A stretch of DNA of 45,011 nt, from assembly GCF_902713615.1 (NCBI RefSeq), contig NW_024055498.1:813867-858877 (forward strand), in the 5' to 3' direction. The position numbers were made by a program, and so were the translations under genes. Origin of the DNA: Scyliorhinus canicula. Taxonomy: Eukaryota. Below are positions 31,601 to 41,789 of the stretch, one piece after another. Below the pieces are notes generated by a model, which did not search any database, was not told the origin of the DNA, and saw only the letters and a program-made list of their open reading frames with translations. How positions within the stretch are numbered: position 1 is the stretch's first letter; every line of letters starts with the position of its first letter.

Positions 31601-34599
31601 ATAATGACATTATTCATTCACCAATTATGATTCGCACTTTCTTTTACAAAATGTAAATACAATTAATTTAAGGGAGCTGAATTTGAGACCAGCAAGAGAT
31701 GAGCCATGATGATTGAATGGCGGAGCAGGCTCGAAGGGCTTAATTGCCGATTTCTGCTCCTAATTCTTTTCTTGTGTGTTTAACATAATTTATTAAGATT
31801 AAACGTAATTGAATAGCATTGACCATTCTGTCACCAAGAAGTCACATTGCACCGGAATTCAATGTGAAATGGAATTAAACCACACCGAGGATAATGTCCA
31901 GCTACCCAGCAGCCTCTGCGCTGTATTTGTCAGTAATCTCGTCATCGTCACACAGAATCGCCAGACTGGGGTGTGAGATGATTTTTAATGTGCCGGTAGA
32001 AATAAAAATGCCTTTACCTGATGTGACGTCAATGAATCTTTACTTCCCAATTTGTTATTACACTGTTTTGGAAAGTAATTCAACATTTACAGCTGTCCAC
32101 TGAGTTTCACAGTATTTCTGTTTTCACATTAATATGTTTTTTGTCTGGTGTCTTCACTAATTTGGGTAGGGACATCTGGAGTAACTTATTGTACACGAAA
32201 TGATCACATGTTCCAAATATTACAACCGTCCTCCACAATGTAATCACGTACCGGCTTTCTGACTTTGAGATGAAGATTCGCCATCAGCAGAGAAGAATCA
32301 CCCGCACCGCAGGGATATCTCCAGTTCCCTCTTAGTGACGTCCAGCTCGTTATTTCCCGATAGTCTGGAGAGGGAATTCACCTAGAAAGGCTTCAGCCAC
32401 CGAATGTATCGGGCGATACAAATTATAAAGGACCAAATTTAAGTTGTGAAATCATCAAGCGCAAAACTGAGAATGTAGAACAGCATCTTTCAGGGCCATC
32501 TATCCATCCGTCCATCAACCCCATTCACTGATTCCTCAATCACAATATTCAGGCATCCAACTAACACTCATCTCTACATCAAATCAGTGATCCCTTTATA
32601 TTTTGGGTGGATGGTGATGCAGTATTAATGAATTGTGCCAGTAATAAAAATGCCCGGGTACAAATGCTCGGGTACAAATCCCACCATAGTCGGAGGGGGA
32701 ATTTGATTCCACTTAATAAATCTGGAATACATATTACACGCAATCCGCTCTGTTTCACCAATGAAGGAAATCTGTCATCCCTCCCTGCCTTCACCTACAT
32801 CAGGCTCCAGTTGGACAGCAACATGTCTGACTCTTCCATTCATTCTGAACTGGCAAAGCAAACCGCCCAGTTCAAGAGTATTAGGGGCAGGGTCTTGCCA
32901 TTGAGTCCCACAATCCATGAAAGTATAGAGGGGGACAACATGAATATACATGTTGGTCTGTTACAAATGGACCCTCTGTCTGATAGTCTGATTGTATTTC
33001 TATCCGTCATTACAACGTTATGAGATGTGGGAGAGATCCTCCAGCGGGATATTGCTGCTAAGAGGGGCCACAAATCCTTTCCTTAGAGATTGGAGCAGTT
33101 CAAATTGGTTCACAATTTAAAACATAAAATGATCTCCAGTGCTGTTGCTGGGTAGATTTGTTTATAAATAGTCCTCATTGACAATGTTACGAGTTTGAAG
33201 TTGGCTTGCAGCCAAGTGGTCAGTACTGAGAAAACAGATCTCTGAAAAACAAATCCAGATGTTTCCTGTAAACAACATTGAACATTCGAGCCTCCCTGAC
33301 TGCAGGCGGCTGGATTGCTGCCAAATACTGTGTGGGGCAGATTAGCCTGAATATGAATGGACTAAATGGGATTTATCCATTCAAACAATAAATGTTTCAG
33401 TCGCACATGAAGTAAACGTTTTAAATGGTGTTCCATCTAAATAAATATATGCAGTGAATGTTCTGTTCACTTTTAGATTAAACATGATCGGAAAATAGTA
33501 AATTGACTCGTGCTATTTAATTTATGTAAGTTCCGAGTAAAGGTCACTCTAGTTATGAAAGTCCGCTTGTGAAGAACCTAATGAAGTGAGAGTGAGTGGT
33601 GTTGATGGACCCAATCCACAAGCCCAATAAAATGAGGGGAATTGCAAAACAATATAAGTTGAATTAAAAGAAAATCCTAAAAGTGCTCAAAACCCGCCCG
33701 AATTCCTGGAATATTTTCCGAGTTGTTGACCTCATTTAAACGGAGGCGTCTCTTATACCTGATCAGCACCGTGTTCTGTACAGATTAATTTGTGCTGATT
33801 TCCATTATTTAACAGTCCCTCTCATTGCTGCCAATGAGTGGAGAAATGACCAGTTCATGACCAGCTTCAGTGGAAGATAAAACATTTATTCCTGTGATGT
33901 TGTGTAACATGCAGCAAAGTCCTGATATCCTGTGTTCCCAACACCAGTGAATGTTAGACAGCCGGTGGTTAGTAAAATTAGCGGCAATGATTTGGATGCT
34001 GAAGGATAACTTTGCTGATTGCCGCGTCCGTTCTGATTTATTAACTTCTCTGTCAAAAGCTGATGTTCATTTCATGTTTCTCTGTCAACTCACTGCTGAA
34101 TTATCAGGCAAGCGGCTTCTTTTGCGGCTAATGTTCACAGGATCGTCTGAGGCACAGGGGAAAATCGAGAAATGTAAAGAGAGACATTGTGTAATATTAG
34201 AGTTTCTTCTTGTCGACAGACCCACATTGTACACTGATGGCCATCCGCACTGCAAATGTAATCACGTCATTCATTCCCTCATTTAGTTACATTTCGTCTG
34301 ATAAATTATACTTTATTGTTGTGATTGGATAGACAGACGATTTATACCCTGAAAATGTAATTTATTTGTTTATGTTCATCCCTTTATATTGGAGTGCAGA
34401 AATAAAGAGACTTAATGTATAGTGGAATTAGATTTTACTTAGAGGTGCTCAAATATAATTTTCCATTCGGATGAGGAGAGACATTACAATGAATCCATTC
34501 AGCCAAACAAATAAATCGATCTAATGTCACTTTTTAATAATAACCAATTGTAAATCTCTGAGCACATTCTGTTGGGGGTGTGGAAGGTGGGACGTGGAT

Positions 34600-34690
34600 C
34601 CAGTCGCCGCCTCCACCAGGGAATCAATAGGCGGCGCCTGGAAAGCCGCCCCCTTCTGCCGGGTATTTAAATGCCGCTCACTGGGACCCG
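34600..34690 (+). promoter_or_regulatory. IgH VH promoter (GC-rich block, GC box, TATA-like box; no octamer)
   Basis: TATTTAAA at 34664-71, ~90 nt before the leader ATG. GC box CCGCCC at 34646-51. No ATGCAAAT or ATTTGCAT found by eye in the 1 kb upstream. Confidence 0.65.
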
Positions 34691-34762
34691 AACCCAACAG
34701 TCAAGGAGCTGGTTTGTTCACTGAGTTCCTGACACAACCATTTCCCCCAAATGACCAGAAGG

Positions 34763-34808
34763 ATGAGGTGGGCCATTTCTCTCAGTTTGTTGCTGACTTT
34801 CTTATCCC
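34763..34808 (+). CDS. IGHV: IgH V leader exon (MRWAISLSLLLTFLS/R)
   Basis: Hydrophobic signal peptide with phase-1 donor C|GTGAGT (34809). 128-nt intron to acceptor TTTTTACAG (34936). An in-frame upstream ATG at 34751 would add MTRR. Confidence 0.92.
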
Positions 34809-34936
34809 GTGAGTAGTTTTTATTGTCCAAGTCTCTCACTGTTACTGTCTCAGTGTTAGTCTCTCTCTGGAATGTTCCAGAGTCACCAATCATTTCACCA
34901 GCATTAATCCTCGGGCTTTTTGATATATTTTTACAG

Positions 34937-35241
34937 GTGTCCAGTCGGATGTTGTGTTGACTCAGCCAGAGGCAGAGACCGGGCGTCCCGGAGGCTCCCT
35001 GACACTGACCTGTAAAACCAGCGGCTTCGATCTCGGCAGCTACTACATGGCCTGGATCCGCCAGGTTCCCGGACAGGGGCTGGAGTGGCTCGTTAGCTAC
35101 TACGATTCATCCAGCAACAACTACGCCCCAGCCATTAAAGATCGATTTACTGCGTCCAAAGACACTTCAAACAACATCTTCTCTTTGGCCATGGGCAGTC
35201 TGAAGACCGAAGACACCGCCATCTATTACTGTGCTGGACAC
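34937..35241 (+). CDS. IGHV: Germline IgM-type heavy-chain V exon
   Basis: (R)VQS|[98 protein letters not shown]. Conserved Cys (35011), Trp (35053) and YYC Cys (35230); no stops. Framework resembles shark IgM VH. Confidence 0.97.
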
Positions 35242-35280
35242 CACAGCGAGAGGAACCAGGGCTGGACCCGCACAAGAACA
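35242..35280 (+). promoter_or_regulatory. VH 23-RSS
   Basis: CACAGCG (35242-48), 23-nt spacer, ACAAGAACA (35272-80). Confidence 0.93.
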
Positions 35281-35650
35281 GCTCGAGAGGGAATTCAGCA
35301 ACTTGCAGCTTAACCTGAAGGTCAGCACTTGATTCAAATGTAATATTAATGTCAGTGATCAGAGTCATTGCACACGCTGCTTCTTACATAACTCACACAG
35401 AGAAAATTAAACAGTAAAACTGAACAAACCGATCGATCTAATAGGATGAGCTTTTGTCTGTTTATATTTACTGTTCACAGTTTCAGCAATTAGAGACTTG
35501 GCTATAATCCTGGTTTTATTATTTCTGATACTTGGGAAAATCTATGTACTTTGGATTTGATAAACTACTGTATAAATTGTAAATTAGATCAGAAGTAAAC
35601 GTGTATTTGAAGTGAATATTGAGCGGCAGGACTGAACAGAGAGTGAGTGC

Positions 35651-35728
35651 AGTTTTTGTGCGGGTGTCTGTCACTGTGACTACAGTGGGTCACAGTGCTG
35701 TGCACAGCGACATCCTCATACAAAAACC
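35651..35728 (+). other. IGHD: D1 segment ACTACAGTGGGT (35679-35690) with 5' 12-RSS and 3' 22-RSS
   Basis: AGTTTTTGT (35651-59), 12 nt, CACTGTG (35672-78); D; CACAGTG (35691-97), 22 nt, ACAAAAACC (35720-28). Confidence 0.95.
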
Positions 35729-36040
35729 TCAGTGATATAGTTTGTTCAAATTGGTGATCAGCGCCACAACAGGATTGTCAACGTAAATTAATTTTAAATA
35801 AAACAAAGTTTGGAACTAATATTAGTTTTCAAAAAGGTATAAAAATCTTCCACTTTATCACTGTTCACCGACTCGCTAAATCTGTACAGAGGGTTTAAAA
35901 GTGTTCCGATCTTATTTATAAATGTAAAGACCAGGACAAGGTGAAATAACTCACCCATTCGCTCTTGGAAGAGACAGAATTTGGTTTTTGAGTGAACAGT
36001 GAAATTAAATCTCTGTATTTTACAGTTAACAGTCTGCCGC

Positions 36041-36106
36041 AGTATTTGACACGCTGTGTCTCACTGTGATAACTGGCGCACAGCAGTTACTGTCAATACA
36101 AAAAGC
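36041..36106 (+). other. IGHD: D2 segment ATAACTGGCG (36069-36078) with 12/12 RSS
   Basis: AGTATTTGA (36041-49), 12 nt, CACTGTG (36062-68); D; CACAGCA (36079-85), 12 nt, ACAAAAAGC (36098-106). Confidence 0.92.
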
Positions 36107-36433
36107 CCCTCAGCACTAATTAACTGAAGCTAGCTCAGTGTTCGATTTTACAATCCAACTTTATTCACAGTGAAGCATTATTTATCTCCAGCACTGACAA
36201 AATGACAATAATTAATATGGGAAATCTGTGACAATTATTCACTCATTAGTTAGTGATTTCAATAACATGTTCATCTTTTACTCTGAAATATAAAACATTA
36301 GCGTCATTTCTGAACAATAGCGACATCCACAAATACAATTCTAATTTAATGAAAATTCATTACAAGTTTACTTTGCCGCTGGTTTGTGAATATTTAAAAT
36401 AATGGTGGATTTCTGTCTATTTTGTGCAGGTGC

Positions 36434-36472
36434 GGTTATTGAATGGAGCAGCCCAGGGAATGTGACACTGTG
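36434..36472 (-). promoter_or_regulatory. JH 23-RSS
   Basis: GGTTATTGA (36434-42), 23 nt, CACTGTG (36466-72). Confidence 0.88.
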
Positions 36473-36520
36473 ACTACTTCGACTACTGGGGACAAGGGAC
36501 CATGGTGACGGTGACGGCAG
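36473..36520 (+). CDS. IGHJ: JH segment (YFDYWGQGTMVTVTA)
   Basis: WGxG motif; splice donor G|GTAAGA at 36521. Confidence 0.97.
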
Positions 36521-36609
36521 GTAAGAACTGTTCCATTATTTATGAACTGTTTTACTTGAGTCTTTGTTTTACTTATTTTTTCTATTTTAACTATGCATTC
36601 GTTCACTGA

Positions 36610-37930
36610 ATTGCGGGTTTGCTGGATTCTGCATTGAGATTTTGTTGCAATCTTTCATGTGATTCTGCTGAAAAAGGAATTAGTCTGCCGCTTGATAAAA
36701 GATGCTTCTGAGGGATTCAGTCCCTGGTTATTATGATTTGATGTTTATTTGCTGAGGACACTGAGTGGCTGGGTACTTTAATACCTAACGCCTGTTAAAC
36801 AGTTTGGTATTTCTGTAATGTTTAATCTCGGTGACACCTGGTGGCTGCAGGTTTTACCACCTCCTGCACAAGTGTTAGAAATCTGCCCAATATTAACAAA
36901 ATATGCTGAAGTATCTGTGTCAATTTATTGAACACGTCCCGCTTATTGACAATGTTGATGATATTCTTCCATATTTCTGTTTGTTTTAATTGTTCATTCA
37001 CTTGCTGAAAGGCGGATTTGGTGGGTTCTAGATTGTGATTTTCTTGAAATGCTGTTTGATTCTGTTGAAGGTGTTTGTAGATTTGAGCTGGTTCTCCATG
37101 AGACGAGGTTCAGCCCCTCGGTGATGTGATTTGGTATTTTCTCTGCTCAGGAGATTCTGTCTCGGTGATTTTGAATGAGTAAAATTTGTGAAACGGTTCT
37201 GGCATTTCTATGTTCTTTGAAGTCTGTGATATTGAGCGGTTCCACGTTTTTTTAACTGAATGAATACAAGACACGTGTTTGAAACTGCTGCACGATTGTA
37301 GACAGAAAAGAGTCAGGATTTTAGAGTGTTTTTTTAAAGTGATGATTGCAGATTAAACTAAGCCACAGTTTAAAATGCTCTTTCCGAACATAATTTGTTC
37401 CTGCAATCATAGCCTGGCTTTACTTCAATGTTCTATCTTGGTGAGATAGATGGATGCAGCTTTATCTCTCCTTCCAACTGTTTAAATGCGTTTGAAATAT
37501 GGTCCAATATGAATAAAATGTGGTAAAGTTTCAAAAATATTTTGGACATACCCCACATACTCGCAGTGATATGACTGTTGTTCTGTATTTTATTTAGTTT
37601 GATAATTCATACTTTAGGAGGAGAACTAGTTTGCTGGATTCAATATTCAGATGTTTGTGAAATGTTACGTTTGATTCTGTTGAATGTCGAATTGAGCTGT
37701 TTCTCAATGAAACGGGTTGGGTCCTTACGATGAGTTTTGACGTGTTCCTGCTGAGGAGATAGTGTGTCTGGGTGACTTTGAATAAGTACAATTTGTGAAG
37801 CAGTTTTCTGTTTCTTCGTTGTTTCTGCATTGTTCAAACTGGGTGACATTGAACAGTTACACGTTTTCTGGTTAAATGTAGAAAGGTTTGGGCGTTTGAA
37901 TCTCCTTGAAGCACAATGGTAGGGAGTAAA
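36610..37930 (+). repeat. Three diverged copies of a ~200-300 bp module just 3' of JH
   Basis: Copies at ~36610-36785, ~37010-37310 and ~37625-37930. GTTTGCTGGATTC is at 36617 and 37629; GTTTGATTCTGTTGAA at 37054 and 37669; TGCT(G/C)AGGA in all three. Confidence 0.75.
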
Positions 37931-39699
37931 CGTGGCAGGTTTCGAAAATAAAGAAAGGAATAAAAGATTTGAGAGACATTTTTAAATTTTACCTAATGGT
38001 GACTGATTAAACTAAACCATGGCGTCATTAAGAACGCAATTCGTTACTGCAATCTGAAACTATTTAATTAAAACGTTTTCAAATTAGCGAGTAAAATTAA
38101 TATAACTTAAACAATTATAATGCGGTGTTATAACCATATTATCCAAATATGTTTTCCTATTATGATCAACCGCCTTCCACAATTCTGCTGTGCTCTGCAC
38201 TCCATTAGCATGGCCGGAAAAATTTTCTGGGCTGGGAATATTTTGTGATTATTTATGAAACTGTTTTAATAATAACATACTGATTCTACAGCACTGTTCA
38301 GTTGCACAAGATATATTTGAATTATTTTTTATTTCTCTGATTACGTTTGCAGTTACTTATATTGTTTTATATTGCAGTTTGGCAATTTATGTATCCGATT
38401 ATTGTATTATTTATGTGCAGAAGCTCGAATATTATCTCTTCACCGTCATTTGCCATTGTCTCTAATCTAATCATAAAGAGTTTCTCAGAGGTGGAAGTCG
38501 CTGACAGTGCACAGGGCTGGAGACACAGTAAAAGCTTGAAATGCAAAAACCAAAAATTACAAAAGGAAAATATTAGCTTTGCAAAAAATAATAACGTCCT
38601 ATCTCGCATAGCTGTGCTGTACACAATATAACATTATAGAAATAAAACAAATTATACAATAGAAGAATAGATTATATCTGAGCCTCAAGCTTATTTCTTA
38701 TTAAATCATAAATTGAACAAGAACATTTCTCCGTCATTTTCTCATTATGTTTCAGTGCTGTAGAGGATCTAACTCAGTAATTTTCGTTAAGTTTTGCACT
38801 GATTAATTTGGATCTCCTTTCTTTAAGCAATATTTTCAATAATAAAGTTAATCGAATTGCCTGAATGATTAAATCTCGGAAACACTTTTATTGATCACAA
38901 ACTACCAAGGACTTTATTGTTAGAGATATAGTTTCGAGTTACAACAGTTTAGCAATTTGGGAGTACCGCTTTAACAAACAGATGATATATTACACATGTC
39001 TGAATTATTCCATCCGATAATTTGAAGTTTAATATTTAATTAAATCCAAATTATTTAGCAAATTTCAGACTGGAGCAGGTTTTGAATTACAGAGAACCAT
39101 TTTTTATTATTTATATTATAGAGTACAAATCAGCTGACAGGTCAACTAATTGACAATTGGCAATAACTTGCAACGCGACATTAGTACTAACTAATTTAAC
39201 ATAAATTAATTCCTACAATTGAGTAGTACACTGGCGTGCCATATCAAAGCTATTAGAGAATGTTTAATTGTACTGAAAATAATTTAGAAAACAATACATT
39301 TATTTACTCAGGTTGAAGAGGTGGCCCGCCTCGATTGTTTTATTGATTATATTTAATTAGAAAATTGCATCAAATCAGGTCATCAGTTTCCAATGTGAAT
39401 GTTTCCTGGTTTGTTTATTTCTTAGCAAACACTGGATCTTTGTCACGGACATTAAACTCCCCTCAATCTGTTATATTTAATGTGATCATTCTCAGTGATT
39501 ATACATTGTGCCCAGTTCAGCCAGACAGGAGAAATAGCTGAAAGGCTATTTGGAGCTTTAAGGAGCTTTGAAATTAATATCAGTTTCATTTCAAAGAGGT
39601 TATTGAATTTTTATTGTGGTCAGTTGACCATTTATCAATTAGAATCGAGCAGTTTGAATGATTCGTTCCCCTGTGTTTCAGAATGAAATTTGACAGACT

Positions 39700-41310
39700 A
39701 AATACTCTCTCATGCGCACACTGTTTCTCCCTCACACACTCCCTCTCTCCCACAAACCCGGACTATTCCTCAAACACACAGACACTCTCTCTCACAGACA
39801 CTCTCACACACAATAGCTCTTCAAAAACACACAGTCTCTCTCTCACACACACACACTCGGTCACACACACGCACTGCCTCACTCTCTCATTCTCTTACAT
39901 ACTCACTGTCTCCAACTTTCTCTCTCTACAACTCTCCCTCACACACCAACAGACTGTCACTCGCTCTCACCCATTCACAGGCACATTATTCCTCTCTCTC
40001 TTTCACATGCAATCTCCCTCTCTCACACTCTCTCTCACACACTCTCTCTTACAAGTTTTACCAATCTCACTCACATAAAAAATCATTCGCAGACACACAC
40101 ACACTTGCACTCTCGCACACATTATCTCTTGCATACACGCTTGTTCACACACATGCTCTGTCCCACACATCTCTCTCACTCAAAACGCTATCTCACATAC
40201 AGGCTCTCTCACACATTCGCTCTCTCACACATACACTCTCTTACGCATACGCTCTCTCTCACACACACACACACACTCTGACGTGCATAATCTCTCGCAC
40301 GGACGCTCTCTCACGTTCTTACGCACACGCTCTCTCACACACACGGCCTCTCGCACACACATGCTCTCTTGTACTCCTGCTCTCTCACACATATATCCTC
40401 TCTTGCATACATGTTCTCTTATGCACATGCGCTCTGATACTCACACTCTCTCGCACAAACTCTCTCACTCACTCTCTCACACTCATGTTTGCTGACTCAC
40501 ATGCTCTCTCACGCACATGCTTTCTCACACACATGCTCTGTTGCACACATGCTCTCTCACACATATACTCTCCCACACATGCGTTCTCACACACACGCTC
40601 TCTCACACACATATCTCTCACACTCACGCTCTCTTGCACACACGCTCCCTCACACACATGCCCTCACACTCACATGCTCTCTCATACACTCACTCTCTCA
40701 CACTCATGCTCTCTCATTCCCGCTTGCGCACACGCTCTCTCACTCACATGCTCTCTCGTACTCATGCTCTCTCACACACATGCTCTCACACACACATGCT
40801 CTCACACATGCTCTCTCGCACACATGCTCTCACACACACATGCTCTCACACATGTTCTCTTGCCCACATGCTGTCTCGTGCACACTTTTTCTCACACATG
40901 CTCTCTCACACATGCTCTCTCACACATATGCTCCCTTGCACACATGCTCTCTCACGCATATGCTCTGTTACACACTCTCTCACACACATGTCTGGCGCAC
41001 ATGCTATCTCACATACATGCTGTCTCACACACAGTTTTGCGCACAGTCTCTTTCCTGTGGACACTATTTTGCTCCTTCATACACACACAACCTCTCGCTC
41101 GCACAAATACACACAATGAGGCTCTCACACACAGATATTTTCTGACACACAGAGATACTCTCTCTCTCACACACACTCACACGTATACTCTCTCTCCCAC
41201 TCTCTTGATCCATCTCTCGCATGCATGCAGACACATACATAGACACAAACACACTCTCCCTCTCTCACACACATACACTCAGACACGCACACACTTTCAG
41301 ATACACAGAT
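39700..41310 (+). repeat. Degenerate CA/CT-rich microsatellite with a ~16-bp core unit (CACACATGCTCTCTCA) at ~40490-41020
   Basis: TGCT recurs at 16-bp spacing (40749, 40765, 40781, 40797; 40913, 40929, 40945, 40961). Confidence 0.9.
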
Positions 41311-41342
41311 GAGAGCAACTGAATCTCATATCAGTCATAAAA

Positions 41343-41648
41343 ATAATAATCTTTATTATTGTCACAAGTGGGCTCACATTAACACTGCAATGAAGGTACT
41401 GTGAAAATCCCCGACACGCCACACTCTGGCGCCTGTTCGGGTACACAGAAGAAGAATTCAGAATATCCAAACCACCTAACAGGATGTCTTTCGGGACTTG
41501 TGGGAGGAAACCGGAGCACCCGGGGGAAACCCACGTAGACACGGGGAGAACCTGCAGACTCCACACAGGCAATGACCCAAGTGGGAATCGAGCCCGGACC
41601 CCTGGTGCTGTGAAGCGACAGTGCTAACCACTGTGCTACAGTGCCGCC
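41343..41648 (-). mobile_element. Full-length SINE with HE1-like body and tail type B
   Basis: Head GGCGGCACTGTAGCACAGTGGTTAGCAC; tail ..TTCATTGCAGTGTTAATGTGAGCCCACTTGTGACAATAATAAAGATTATT. Confidence 0.85.
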
Positions 41649-41789
41649 AAATCACGGCATCATTTTAACGGGTGACCTCGGGGAGCCCAACCAAAGAATG
41701 AATGGATGGGAATCAGGAGAACAATCTCCGCTGGTTGGAGTCATAACCAGCCCCAAGGTAGATGGATTCCATTGCTGGAGGTTAATCAT

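Noticed and set aside
32024-32031. Perfect CRE palindrome TGACGTCA 2.7 kb upstream of VH
   Set aside because: A single 8-mer in 45 kb is near chance expectation and has no supporting motif cluster or conservation evidence here.
1-34500. Additional V, D, J or constant exons upstream
   Set aside because: No Ig-fold motifs (C..W..YYC, WGxG) or properly spaced heptamer-nonamer pairs were noticed, although an exhaustive RSS scan was not possible by eye.
34954-35313. 119-aa ORF from the track as a stand-alone protein
   Set aside because: Its start is a TTG inside framework 1 and its C-terminus is read-through into the RSS. The true unit is the spliced leader plus V ending at 35241.
35681-35687. 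TACAGTG inside D1 as an extra heptamer
   Set aside because: It lacks the invariant CAC start needed for cleavage in that orientation and has no correctly spaced nonamer.
36458-36464. Second JH heptamer-like GAATGTG just 5' of CACTGTG
   Set aside because: No nonamer at 12 or 22-23 nt from it; only CACTGTG (36466-72) pairs with GGTTATTGA at 23 nt.
39683-41312. Long His/Thr/Ser/Leu-rich ORFs (e.g. 40485-41312, 275 aa)
   Set aside because: All frames are open because the CA/CT repeat lacks stop codons; the products are low-complexity translations of the satellite.
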